Shown: one piece after another, positions 41,415 to 55,270 of the stretch | Layout of the letters: the number at the start of each line of letters is the position of its first letter | How positions within the stretch are numbered: the stretch's first letter is position 1 | From: Eledone cirrhosa | Lineage: Eukaryota | DNA: 64,000 nucleotides | Reading direction: 5' to 3' | NCBI GenBank assembly: GCA_964016885.1 | Contig: OZ024745.1 | Coordinates: forward strand, 28,396,001 to 28,460,000 | Notes under the pieces: model-generated | The model's database searches: none | What the model saw: the letters and a program-made list of their open reading frames with translations, nothing else | Told to the model about the DNA's origin: nothing | Position numbers and translations under genes: made by a program

Positions 41415-41474
<60 letters not shown>

Positions 41475-43399
41475 CGAGAGAGAGAGATAGGGGGGGTATA
41501 TAAAACATTCCTGTATTATTTGTTCAATGTATATTTTTTATGACATGAAAAGAAAATCTCGATTTCAAATATAAAGATTTTTCCAATTGTTGCAGTTCTC
41601 TGTTTTGTCTTCGTCATCGCACTGACCTCCTCCTTCCCCTCCTTCATCTCCTCCCTCTTTTATTCTTCCTTCCCCATCTCTCCTCTCTTCCCCTCCTTTT
41701 CTAGCTCTCCCTCTCTTCATTCTACCCCTCCCCTCCTCCACTTCCATCTAATACCAATGATAATAATTGTATCTACTTTTGGCACAAAACCAGCAATTTC
41801 ATGGGGGGGGAAAGGTAGAAAGTTGCTTAAATATACCCCAGTATGTTACTGGTACTTTATTTTATTTAAGAATGAAAGGCTAAGCTAACCTCGGTGGGAT
41901 TTGAATTCAGAACACAAAGGGCTGTAACTACATGCTGTAAAGCATGTTGTCCGGCGCTCTGACAGTTCTGTCAATCCACCGCCCTAATGCCAATGATAAT
42001 AATTTTTTCTACGTTTGCACAAGGCCAGCAAAATCTCCAGTGCATTACTGGTACTTTGTTTTATCGACCCCGTAAGGATGAAAGGCAAAGTTAACCTCTA
42101 ACCACAAGGACTTACACATAGAAATACAGTAAACATTGGGAACATAGGGATTACAATACATGTGGGGCTGGACAGACAAAGTTATATGAAACGAGGGTAG
42201 GGGCAAGGACGTTATACAATAGATATTAATTTGATAAAATATGAAAAGGTTTTAAATTATTATAAAACACAATAATTAACACATTATATGATATAAAACA
42301 TAAAACATTCAAGGTTACCCACCCACACACAGGTGAGACCCCACTAGTTAAGTCGAATCAGAACTCCTCGCTTTTCTACTCGCCCACCGTGCATTATATA
42401 ATGTTTTGGCAGAATCGGTTGATTGTCGGAGAGAATGCTTTGCGGCATTTATTCCGACTCTTTATGTCCTAACTTCAAATCCCGCCAAGGTCTACTTTGC
42501 ATTTCAGTAGATTCAACAAAGCCACACACATCTGGACAGAATTACTTTATCTCTTTGTATACTTCTTTTGTTATTAGGAATAAGAGTCTATTGTCCATGA
42601 GCTCTCAATGGCAATCCATTATTTCCAATTTATATGTTTTGTTAAGTAACTCAGTGTTGTTGGTTCTGACGGCAGTGTATTTCAGGGGATCACACAGCTT
42701 AACGTCTTTTAAAAAATATTTCTGATAAAGCTGTTTTATTTTATCTTCTGTTTCTTCCCTTCTTTTCTGCTACTGAAGGCTGTCTGGTCGTAGAAATCAT
42801 GCCAAGTGGCTAGGGAGGTCTCTTCAGTTGAATCAGGGGCCTGTTGAAGACCTGTCTAGCTTTGCTGCTACGATAAATGTCCCCAGTATAATGATTGGTG
42901 TTGGAAGGGCAACCAGCTGTAGAAACTATCCCAGAAGGGTTGAGAGGGCTCTTGAGTTGCGACAAGAACAAGACAGCCTGCCTAGTGTTGGAACCACGTT
43001 AAAATGCACTCAGTACACTCTGTAAAGTGGTTAGCATTAGAAAGGGCTTCTATCCATAGAAATCATACCAAAAATAGAATGTCCCTGAGAAAGAATCAGT
43101 CCTGCAACCCGTCTATGCCCATAACAGCTCCAATTAAGTACTGAGGACCCGTCCAAATCATGACAGCAAACGTAAAATGATGATAATGATGATCATCAGG
43201 ATAATCATCATCATGATAGTGGCTTCAGGGTGGGGGTAAAGTCGATTACATCGACCTCCAGTACTTGACAGAAGGATGAAGGCAAAGTAGACCTCGCTGT
43301 GATTTGATCTCAGAATGTGACAACCCAGAAACTGCAAAACATTCAGTCCGACTCGTTAACGATTCTGCCAAACCACAAATGAAGATGTTGAGGCGGAGG

Positions 43400-44100
43400 A
43401 AGTGGTGGAGGTAGCAGTAGAGGAGGAGGAGGAGGAGGAGGAGGAGGAGGAGGATGAGGAGGAGGAGGAGGAGGAGGAGGAGGAGGAGGAGGAGGAACAG
43501 AATGAGGAGGGTGACGACGACGATTATAAGGATGGGGATGATGATGGGGATTATGATGGTGATAGTGATAGTTGTGGTGGTAGTGTGGTGGTGGTGGTGG
43601 TGGTGGTGGTAGTGGTGGTAGTGGTGGTGGTAGTGGTGGTGGTGGTAGTGGTGGTGGTCATGGTGGTGGTGGTAGTGGTGGTCGTGGTGGTCGTGGTAGT
43701 GGTGGTAGTGGTGGTGGTAGTGGTGGTGGTGGTGTGGTGGTGGTGGTGGTGGTGGTGGTGGTAGTGGTGGTGGTAGTGGTGGTGGTCGTGGTGGTGGTCG
43801 TGGTGGTGGTGGTAGTGGTGGTCGTGGTGGTGTGGTAGTGGTGGTGGTGGTGGTAGTGGTGGTCGTGGTGGTGTGGTGGTGGTGGTGGTGGTAGTGGTGG
43901 TAGTGGTGGTGGTAGTGGTGGTGGTGGTGGTGGTGGTAGTGGTGGTCGTGGTGGTGGTGGTGGTAGTGGTGGTGGTGGTAGTGGTGGTAGTGGTGGTGGT
44001 GGTGGTGGTCGTGGTGGTGGTCGTGGTGGTGGTCGTGGTAGTGGTGGTGGTGGTGGTGGTGGTGGTGGTGGTGGCGATGATAGCAGGAGGAGGAGAAAGA
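43400..44100. repeat. (GAG)n and (GTG)n tracts
   Basis: Seen directly. Confidence 0.9.
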
Positions 44101-44227
44101 AGATAATCTAATATTCTTGTATCTTCAAGTGGTTCATCTCTTCAGATAAATATATCAACATAAATTTGTTATATTTCACTTCAATGAAACTTTTTTTTTT
44201 TTTTCCTCTATAAATCTGCCTTTGTAG

Positions 44228-44240
44228 GAAATGTGCCAAT
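44228..44240 (+). other. Candidate 13-nt microexon
   Basis: Long T tract, then tgc, then ttgtag|gaaatgtgccaat|gtaagt. Confidence 0.35.
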
Positions 44241-44848
44241 GTAAGTAATCGATATATCGATATATAATGGACAATATTATATTATTTATAATTCATAGTA
44301 TTAAATTATTTCTCAAATATCTATAAATAATCTCAACCACTATTTTTTTATCAATCGTGAATGATAAATATATTCTTTTCTTGTTTTTTGTAACTGTCTT
44401 GTCTTAATATTATTTTATAATTTTACCATACTAAAATAATATAAACATAGATAGTACTCTATAAATATAGTATAAACATAGTTGTATGTATGTATAGACC
44501 TATAACTCCTGATAGAATCGTGGGAGCGCCATATTGACAGACGGCGTTTCTTAGCCATTTTTTTTTTAATCTAGCGGATTCCATCTCCTCTCCAGATCTG
44601 AACACAGCAGATTTATTCCAGAGAAGGAAGAGTGAAAGAGAAAAAGTAAGAAAGAGATATAGAGGAAGAATCGGTCCCAGTACTTAGATTGGTACATTTT
44701 TTTATCGATCGCGAAAGGGTGAAAGGCAATATTGACCTCGAAGGGATTTAAATTCAGAGTTCAGAGAGCCGGAACGAATACTGCAAACCATTCTATCCGA
44801 CCTACTAACGATTCAGCCAATTTCGCCACCATAAACATAGATATTACG

Positions 44849-45190
44849 CTACAAATATAGTATAGTAGTAGATAGTGCTCTACAAATATAGTATAGACAT
44901 AGACAGTGATCCAAAAATATAGTATAGTAGTAGATAGTGCTCTACAAATATAGTATAGACATAGACAGTGATCCAAAAATATAGTATAGTAGTAGATAGT
45001 GCTCTACAAATATAGTATAGACATAGACAGTGATCCAAAAATATAGTATAGTCGTAGATAGTGCTCTACAAATATAGTATAGACATAAACAGTGATCCAA
45101 AAATATAGTATAGTAATAGATAGTGCTCTACAAATGTAGTCTAGTCGGTGATCTACAAATATAGTATAGTCATAGATACTAATCTATAAA
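44849..45190 (+). repeat. 62-bp (2 x ~31) minisatellite
   Basis: Period 62 (44880 to 44942). Confidence 0.9.
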
Positions 45191-45362
45191 TATAGTATGT
45201 ATATGTGCTATCTGTTCCGACAAATTGTGTTCAAAGTTCAAATTCTGCGGAGGAATTAAAACCCTACCGATGACCAGAGCTAATCATCCGGCTATGTGAC
45301 CATAACTGATTGTGAAAGCTGCAATGCTTTGAAGGGAATTGTAGCCGTCTAATACTACAGTG

Positions 45363-45407
<45 letters not shown>

Positions 45408-45419
45408 CGACTGTTGATA

Positions 45420-46690
45420 ATAATTTAGGCAAGCACAAATTAGGCACAAAGCCAGCAAATTGGTAGATTAAATTGACCCCAGCATTTGAATCCAGCTATT
45501 TTACTTAGCCCAGAGAATGGAGTTGACTTGGCCAGATTTGAACTGAGAATGTAAAGGGCTGTCCCTAAATGAAATAAAACATCTTGTCTGACGCTTTAAC
45601 AAATTTGCCAATCCGCAACTTTTGAAACCGTAGATAATAATTGTTTCTACTTTTGGCACGAGGCCAGCAATTATCCCAGTACATTACTGGTACTTTATTT
45701 TATCGACCCCGTAAGGATGAAAGGCAAAGTAAACCTCGGTGGGAATTGAACTCAGATCGTAAAGGGACGTAACTATGCTGGAAAGCATATCCTACCCTCT
45801 CCCGATACTGCCAATTCACCGCCGTAGATAATAATTGTTTCTACTTTTGGCACAAGGCCATCAATTACCCAGTGCATTACTGGTACTTTATTTTATCGAC
45901 CCCGTAAGGATGAAAGGCAAAGTTAACCTCGGTGGGATTTGAACTCAGACCGCAAAGGGACGTAACTATGCTGGAAAGCATGGCGTCCGACCCTCTACCG
46001 ATACTGCCAAGCCACCACCGCCGTAGATAATAATGGTTTCTAATTTAGGCAGAAGACCAGCACATTTTTAAGGAAGGGAAACAGTCGACCAAATAAATCT
46101 ACTCCTAGTACTTGACCGGTACTTTATTTTATCGACACCGGAGAATGAAAGGCAGATTGACTTCGGCAGGATTTGAACTCAGAACGTAAAGATTCGTAAT
46201 TAAATGCCATAAAATATTTTGTTCGATGCACTAAGGATTCTGTCAACTCAACATCGTTGAAACTGTAGGTAGTAATTGCTTCAAACATTGGCACAAGGCA
46301 AGCAATTTTGGAGGAGGGGAAAGTCGATTAAATCGACCCAGTACTTAACTAGTATTTTATTTGATCGACCCTAGAAAGAGAAAAGACAAAGTTGACCTCG
46401 GTGTGATTTGCAACTACGTACTACAAAATATTTTGTCTGACGCTCTCCGGAAATTACCAATCCAATACCCTCAACAGAGGTAATATTTATTTCTGATTTA
46501 GGCATAAGGCAATTTGGGGGAATGGAAAAATCGGTAAAATCGACCCCAGTGCGTCACTGATACTTTATTTTATCGGCCCTAGAAGGAGAAAAGTCAAAGT
46601 TGGCCTTGGTGGGATTTGAACTCAGGACGGAAAATGTCGGAACTAAATACTGAAAAAAATTTAGTCCGACGCTCTACCGCAATTACCAAT
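45420..46690 (-). mobile_element. Array of about 6-7 Meta-type SINEs of different ages
   Basis: Repeated tactttattttatcgacccc..gaaaggcaaag..gatttgaactcag; 14-bp repeat at 45628, 45822 and 46021. Confidence 0.8.
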
Positions 46691-47022
46691 ATAAAACCTT
46701 TAACGTAGGTAATAATGGGAAAAAATTCTTCAGTAGAAAATAAAAAAAAAGTGCGATGTGTCATTTCGGATGCATTGAAACCATAAAAATCAGCAGAATT
46801 CCAAAAAATGTTCCACAAATCTTATACTGGGAGCGGTAGAGTCACGTAATACAACACACATACAAACATTCATATGTTTCTGTACATATAGAGAGGCAAA
46901 TAAAAGTGTGTTTATTATCACAAAGCAAAGTAACTTCCAAAGTGATGGAGAATGTTACTGCACCAAAGAAAACTGCAAAATAAATATTCTCGCCATCAGT
47001 AAGACTTTCAAATATAGACACG

Positions 47023-47070
<48 letters not shown>

Positions 47071-47103
47071 ATATATATATGTATATATATGTATATACAT
47101 ATA

Positions 47104-47213
<110 letters not shown>

Positions 47214-47443
47214 TATATATACAAATGTATGTATATTCAAGTATATTTAGAACAATGAACAATATACACACAAGTCAGAATACAAGGTAGCGATCAGAAA
47301 CAATGACATTCGCCCATAGCTATACACGCCAAGAAAGTATACTTGAACGTGTGTAGAAATTCATTTGGGTATTTGTGTGTGTTTAATTATGTATCTATAT
47401 ACATATATTTATATATATATATATACAAACACATACATATATA

Positions 47444-47507
<64 letters not shown>

Positions 47508-47508
47508 A

Positions 47509-47559
<51 letters not shown>

Positions 47560-47560
47560 A

Positions 47561-47636
<76 letters not shown>

Positions 47637-47821
47637 ATACATGTATAGATTAAATATATATATACAGAGAGTGGGAGAGGGGAAGAGAGTTGTATGCACA
47701 TTCAGTGATAGATGGTTGTGGACATGTTTGTGTGTGTATATATATGTGTATATAATGTGTGTATATATATAGGTATACATACATGTATATGCAAACATAC
47801 ATACAGATATATGTATGTATA

Positions 47822-47889
<68 letters not shown>

Positions 47890-47909
47890 CCCACATATAT
47901 ATGTGTGTA

Positions 47910-47946
<37 letters not shown>

Positions 47947-48456
47947 CGTCTTGCACATTGTCAGGAGGAGGTGCAAATGGAATATATACACACACACACG
48001 TGTGGTGGTGATGGTGATGGTAGTAGTGGTGGTGGTGGTGATGGTGGTAGTAGTGGTGGTGGTGGTGATGGTGGTAGTAGTGGTGGTGGTGATGGTGGTA
48101 GTAGTGGTGATGGTAGTAGTGGTGGTGGTGGTGATGGTGGTAGTAGTGGTGGTGGTGGTGATGGTGGTAGTAGTGGTGGTGGTGGTGATGGTAGTAGTGG
48201 TGGTGGTGGTGATGGTGGTAGTAGTGGTGATGGTAGTAGTGGTGGTGGTGGTGATGGTGGTAGTGGTGGTGGTGGTGATGGTGGTAGTGGTGGTGGTGGT
48301 GGTGATGGTAGTAGTAGTGGTGGTGGTTTATAGTGGTATGTGTAGTAGCTCTAATTAAGACAGATAAGTAATTAGGGAGAATTTTAAAGAAGCTAGGCTG
48401 ATAATTATGTGTGCAATGCATGTGTGTGTGAGGGTATATATATATATATATATATA

Positions 48457-48513
<57 letters not shown>

Positions 48514-48514
48514 G

Positions 48515-48546
<32 letters not shown>

Positions 48547-48549
48547 CGC

Positions 48550-48584
<35 letters not shown>

Positions 48585-48651
48585 CATACATACATACATT
48601 TATATATATGGTATACATATGGTATATATGGTATATATATGGTATATATAT

Positions 48652-48704
<53 letters not shown>

Positions 48705-50033
48705 TGTATACATATATATATATACATATATACGGTATATATTATATATATACACACGCACAGGATTCCTTAAAATAGTAGACATCACCAGGTCCTCAAG
48801 GAATATTTTCATTCCAAAATAAAGTGTGTTGGAGAAGTTAATAGAAGATTCCCGATATTTACTTTCGGTGGTGTTGGGAGTGGCGGTGGCGGCGGTGGTG
48901 GTGGTGGTGGTGGTGGGGCGTGGTGGTGGTGGTGCTGCTGATGGTGTAGCTGGTGCTGGTGATGGCGGTGGTGGTGGTGGTCCTGGTGCTGGTGCTTGTA
49001 GTGGAGATAAAGATGGCAATGGTGTTGCTGCTGTTGTTGTTATGGTGGTGGCGGCGGCGGCGGCGGTGGTGGTGTGGTGGTGGTGGTTGTGGTGGTGGTG
49101 GTGGTGGTGATGGTGGTGGTGGTGGTGGTGGTGCTGATGTTATTATGGTGGTGGTGGTGGTGCTGCTGATGGTGTAGCTGGTGCTGGTGCTGGTGCTGGT
49201 GATGGCGGTGGTGGTGGTGGTGGTCCTGGTGCTTGTAGTGGAGAGAGAGAGAAAGATGGCAATGGTGTTGCTGCTGTTGTTATTATGGTGGTGGTGGCGG
49301 CGGCGGTGGTGGCGTGGTGGTTGTGGTGGTGGTGGTGGTGGTGCTGATGTTATTATGGTGGTGGTGGTGGTGGTGGTGGCGGCGCCTAACACCACCATTG
49401 CCGCCACTAACATACAGAAACATAAAGAAATTTTAGCCACCACATTTCATCAACATAAACACACTCCAGCGATTGTTAATACTTACTAGACCCCCACCCC
49501 CACACCACATTGACACTACACCACTTTCTCACTAAATGTTACAGCCATATATATATATATATATCGATATGTGTATTTCCACATTTTCCCGAATATTTTT
49601 TGCGGATATAGAGGTTATCTCCCTTGCTGAATTCCATGTGCCTTTTCATTCGTTCGGACAAAGGCTCGTTGAGGAAGTAAATTCCCGTCCGCTGGCTTCT
49701 AGAAGTCTTATATATTTTTATGTGAGCTGATAGAGGGCAGTTTAAGGATTTACAGAAACCCAAGAAGCTAGATTTACCATCTTTCTAGCGGGTCCGGGTA
49801 TGCTTTTTACATTCATTTGATTTATTGATTTATTGATATTTTTTCTGAGTGTCCCGAATCTTCCAGATCGCAATTTTTCGGTCGTACGGTTGATTATAGA
49901 CTTGTTCTATGTGTGACGGTATTTTAACGATAGTTATAGCTCTGATTTATCTGAATTATTGAGCCCTCTGCCGGTCATTTCGAATTTTGTTTATCGTGAA
50001 CTCGTGCGCCGATTTTTCGATACTCGATTATTC

Positions 50034-50083
<50 letters not shown>

Positions 50084-50109
50084 TGTCTGTCCTTACCCCA
50101 ACTCCTTCG

Positions 50110-50170
<61 letters not shown>

Positions 50171-50349
50171 GGAGGTGAGTTTTATTGTAGTACAATAAAG
50201 CAATGCAGATATCGGATAAGAAGCACTCTACAGTTTGGAGGACTGGAGTATACATAATATATAAGAACAAAAGATGGTTAAAAGAGTTCCATGTATTTTA
50301 TTATGCGCATTTCAAAAACAAATATCAACCTTCATATTATGTCCTCCTG

Positions 50350-50416
50350 TTTTATCTGATGAAAACACAAATATTATTGCATGATGATATTTGTTTTTGA
50401 AATGCGCATAATAAAA
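50350..50416 (+). ncRNA. Type I hammerhead motif with a long AU-rich stem II
   Basis: uuuuau CUGAUGA [~15-bp stem II] GAAA ugcgca UA auaaaa. Confidence 0.75.
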
Positions 50417-50518
50417 TACATGGAACTCTTTTAACCATCTTTTGTTCTTATATATATATATATATATATATAAAATAAAATAAATAAGTCAAATGTTTTA
50501 AATTTGGCTTCGTTTATT

Positions 50519-50573
50519 ACTGCTATATATATTTCGGTGACAGCCATCTTTGCCTGTGACCTCTTCAGGCAGT
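50519..50573 (-). ncRNA. Type I hammerhead ribozyme motif
   Basis: acugc CUGAAGA ggucacag..cugucacc GAAA uauaua UA gcagu. Confidence 0.8.
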
Positions 50574-52817
50574 CTTAATTAGTGTGGTAGAGACGAGCAC
50601 ACATGTTGTTGAGGTGTATAACTTTTTCAATACTCTGATATGCCCAGTTCCTGGTTGGGTTGTTATTTCACTGAGGAACTGGAATCATATGAATTTAAAC
50701 AAACGACATCTTCTCCTGTCATTGGTCAGTTGTGAGAACATTCGTCAGTCAAAAGTCTATAGAAATTCGTTCTGAGGTGAGGCAATCTGTAGTGGTTGTT
50801 CTTGTTATTGTTAAGTACATCTGACCTCTACTCTTATGTCGGTAGTGGTGTTGGTGTTGGAGTCAGCTAAAAAAAAATGATAAAGTGGTAGAAGGAATAA
50901 GATGGTAAAGGAACAAAATAAAATAATCAAATAAAATGTGTATGTGTTATACCCAATCTCAATGTTAGAAAGATTTGTAAGGTCACTCCTCCCATTGGTC
51001 AGTTGTGAGAGCATTTCTCAGTCAAAAGTCTATAGAAATTCTTTCTGGGGTGAGGCTACCTGTAATTTTTGTTTGTGCTATTGTTAAGTACATCTGACCT
51101 CTACCCTTATTTTGGTAGAGTGGTGTTGGTGCTGCGGTCAGCCTAGGTCTTGCTGCTGCTAACATTAAAAAGTATCTGTGTGTGTTTTTTCATCCATCCT
51201 GCCACCATTTCTCGTGGTGGTGGTGGGGGGGTTGTGCCATGCATATGAAGAAATAGAAGGCAATAAAGTGAAGAAAACAGAAAACAAGTGAAAAATAAAA
51301 AAATGAAGATTCAAGTAAAATAAAATGTGTGTGTGCTATAAAGATGTTGGCCAAATTAGAAAGGCAAATTATATATATATATGGTGGCTGCCAACTCGTT
51401 TTCGAGTACGGCCACTACTTTATATCCATGTAGGAGAACCCCTACCGGTGCGCTGAACGAGTGTGACTTTTTAGTCCAGCCAGCGACTTGAAAACTCTGG
51501 TACAAACACTACATTTGTGACAATTATTGACACATAGTGCTGGGTCCATCGTACCATGTGACGACAAGTGCAGAGAGATCTCCAGATATAAAGCAATGCC
51601 TGTGCCACTCTCTTAACCAAGATGATATTTACCAAAAGGAAGAACAACTCAAAATCATTGGATACAATCAGGGTTGCAGGTGTTATATCAGAGTTTTCCT
51701 TCTCCTAGAATTCTGCCTTGACAAAGGCTAAGGGGTCATCTCTCCCGGTGATTTTGGATGGCCATTGACTCTTAAGAGCTCCTTTGCCCTTTGACAGGTT
51801 TTGTTTTTAGTCCTGCAGGATGCCCAAAGTCATCCTCCTCACCAAGAAACCTTGGTGGGGTTGCCAGTTTAGTCGCCAACGACCCGACCATGAGGCTATT
51901 TTTGGACTCTGTGTCCAGAAATAGCCGTCGAAACGGCTTGAGCTCTGCCGTCGGGGTCATACTTTCTCCTATATATATATATATATATATATATATGATA
52001 ATAATAGAGCTGCGCGTTGCAAATGGGATACATATGAAAAAGTAAGTCCTTCATCAGTGACCCTCCAACCGTCCCAGGCATTTCATCGCTTTAAGGGCCA
52101 TATGCCTCAGGTTGGTGCGAACAACGGCTAAAAAAAGTCGTTGGGACACGTAAATAAAGGGGACGTTAGGGTGAACAAACAAAATGGTTTAAGCAACAGA
52201 AAGTGAGAAGAAAGAGACAAGTCCCAGATTTCTATGAATATAAACTCGGTGAAATCGTGAACAAGAGACAAAAGACCATCAAACCTGGTTGAAATGTGAG
52301 CAAGGAAGGAATTTCGCACAGGTCTAACGGGGGGAAGAAGAAGGGGTCTGGTCTGCGAATTCGGTAAACATAAGTTCTGTGAAGTCGCAGACGAGAGAGA
52401 GAGAGAGAAAAAAAATTCATACCGGCTTGGCCAAGAACGCGCGAGAAAAGAAATCGGACAGGTCAAGCGGGAAGAAAGAGGAGGAGGAGAGGTAGTGACA
52501 GAGAATGAGTGAGTGAAAGTTGAGGAGGAGGCTAACAGAGAGAGAGACTGCTAGAAAGGGTAAGTTATTCATACGTATATATATATACACATATATATAT
52601 ATATATATGTAAGAATATTTTCGAAACAGCGAGCGAGTTTGAAATTATAAATATAAGCTATCGCCGTATTTTGACTAAAGAAATTAAAGAAATTATTTAG
52701 CCTGATAGTGGGGTTTCTCCGAGGGTTCTTAACTCCACTATCAGGCTAAATAATTTCTTTAATTTCTTTAGTCAAAATACGGCGATAGCCTATATTTATA
52801 ATTTATATATATATATA

Positions 52818-53229
52818 TCTTCGAAATGCTTTTAATTAAGCATACAGTGTATTGCAAAATACACTATATATACATTCATATATATATAGCTATTTCAGAG
52901 CACCAATTCTAATTTTCAATTTCTGCTTGACCGGCAACCGCTCTGTATAATCAGTTCCTGATTATTTACTAGAATTCTATAAGAACCAAGCATCCATGAT
53001 TTCAGCAAACAGGAGTAGTTGGCTTTGATAAACATCAATAAATGCGAAACAAGGCCTTGTCAGCTTTATCTCCCCCTGTTTGCTGAAATTAAAGTAAGTG
53101 AGTCTGTCACTACTCTAAAACAATAGCGTAAGGTCTTCGAAATGCTTTTAATTAAGCATACAGTGTATTGCAAAATACACTATATATACATTCATATATA
53201 TATAGCTATTTCAGAGCACCAATTCTAAT
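52818..53229 (+). mobile_element. Retrozyme/pLTR-like unit: 316-nt monomer plus 96-nt direct repeat, (TA)n-flanked
   Basis: 52818-52913 is repeated at 53134-53229; contains a hammerhead motif. Confidence 0.7.
53021..53065 (+). ncRNA. Hammerhead variant with U3-A8 covariation
   Basis: ggcu UUGAUAA acau..augc GAAA caaggccuug UC agcu. Confidence 0.7.
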
Positions 53230-53492
53230 ATATATATACAGTATATATATATATACATATATATATACATATATATATATATGCATTAGGTATATAAGGA
53301 TGCAATTCAATTCTAGCACTCGACGTCATATTACTTCCTAAAAACAGGGGTGACGGAGTATATTCATAAAGAGGAAAATGTGAAGTTGAAGATGTTAGAG
53401 TCCTTTATTAATTGAACACACATTTCAATGACAATAGATGTCGTGATTTCTTAAGACAGTAAAAATTGATTAAAAGGTAACATTTCCGATGC

Positions 53493-53583
<91 letters not shown>

Positions 53584-53689
53584 TGTGTGTGTGTGGTTAG
53601 AAGATGTAGGAATTCCAAATGAAAACAATAACTGTTACCACAGTTCTTGCTAAAATTAAAAGCTTAGAGAATGGTGTAAAATATCCCTA

Positions 53690-53938
53690 TTGATGGCCAC
53701 CACCGCCATCACGGACACCACATCCAAGTACCGGTCGTTCTCCGACAGGTTCGCGGTCGTGCCCTTGGCAGTGGAGACTTCTGGTGACCTTGGCCCTAGG
53801 GCTACCTCCCTATTCACCACCATAGGCGCTGAGCTGGCCAGCCGCAGGTGTGAGCCTTGCGAGTTGGAATGGCTATTCCACCGCATCTCCTTTACCATCC
53901 TCCGGGGAAACGCCTTCTCCATTCTGTCCGCCGGGGCT

Positions 53939-53940
<2 letters not shown>
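53690..53940 (+). pseudogene. CRE-type non-LTR retrotransposon restriction-like endonuclease C-terminus
   Basis: KY..SDRFAVVPLAVETSGDLG..WLFHRISFTILRGNAFSI. Confidence 0.75.
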
Positions 53941-53969
<29 letters not shown>

Positions 53970-54772
53970 CAGCACGTAGGACCCCATTTGCTCACCATAC
54001 GGATTAAGATATATAAGTGTAAACAAAACCCCAAAATTGTATCATTTATGTACATGTTATGTAGAGAGATATGGGAGAGATAGATATAGCTATACAGAGG
54101 GGGAGAGTTTGGTGGGAATTGATATTGATATAGAGAGGGATATTTTAAGAGAGTTCCGTGTAGTAAAGATAGAGAGGTGAAGAATTTGGTGCTAATGAAT
54201 AGAGTGCGAGAATTTATATCGCATATAGAAGAAGAAGAAGAAGAAGAAGAAGAAGAAGAAGAAGAAGAAGAAGAAGAAGAAGAAGAAGAAGAAGAAGAAG
54301 AAGAAGAAGAAGAAGAAGAAGAAGAAGAAGAAGAAGAAGAAGAAGAAGAAGAAGAAGAAGAAGAAGAATGTGTGATATGGGAGAGTGTATGGGGTGAGGT
54401 AGGGTGGGTGTTTGACGGAAAGGTTTTACAAGATGGAGGATATTTGTGATAGAGTGAAAGGAAGGACAATTGACATTTTGATTAGAAGATGTTTGGTTGT
54501 GTAAGTGTGAAGATGTGACAGAAGGTGTGATGGAAGATGTGAGAGGGAGCTGTATTAACGACCAACTATTTTCGTAATATATAAACGGTGGAAAGACAGT
54601 GCATAAATATATTCACATCTGAAATATCAACAACATAACACTACAACAATAGCTTGACATTTCAGCAACATCTTCAGATTGTTTTTTGGTATTTTAACTT
54701 GGTGATCTTTCCGTCTTGAGTAAAGTACGCGGTTGTGTGAATGTTCCTTGCTATATTAGTGGCTCTATATGA

Positions 54773-54878
<106 letters not shown>

Positions 54879-54970
54879 GTTCTGAGGGGAGGGCGGGTAA
54901 AATGACGACTGCGGTTCCAAGCCGTTTCGGCGTGTGTTCAGCACATGCATATGCATATGCATACATATGA

Positions 54971-55060
<90 letters not shown>

Positions 55061-55270
55061 GCATCACGTGTCACTACATGTTTTGTTGGTTGTGTCTCAA
55101 GGTGCACTGGAATGAACAGTATCAATGAATCCGAAGTAATCTCCTGAGGTTGACTGAGGAGATGAGACTGTCCGTCTTTCTCTTGTTCTTTCCATTGTCC
55201 TTGCCCCTCTGCCGCTTATTTTGAATATTTATATATGCGTGTGTGTGCGTGTATATATATATATATATAT

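Noticed and set aside
44570-44625. SPDLN mariner-like motif
   Set aside because: Too short to support a feature call
47702-49489. Long His-, Gly- and Val-rich ORFs
   Set aside because: (GGT)n and (TA)n low complexity; the same applies to the YI/CV/HT and poly-E/K ORFs throughout the window
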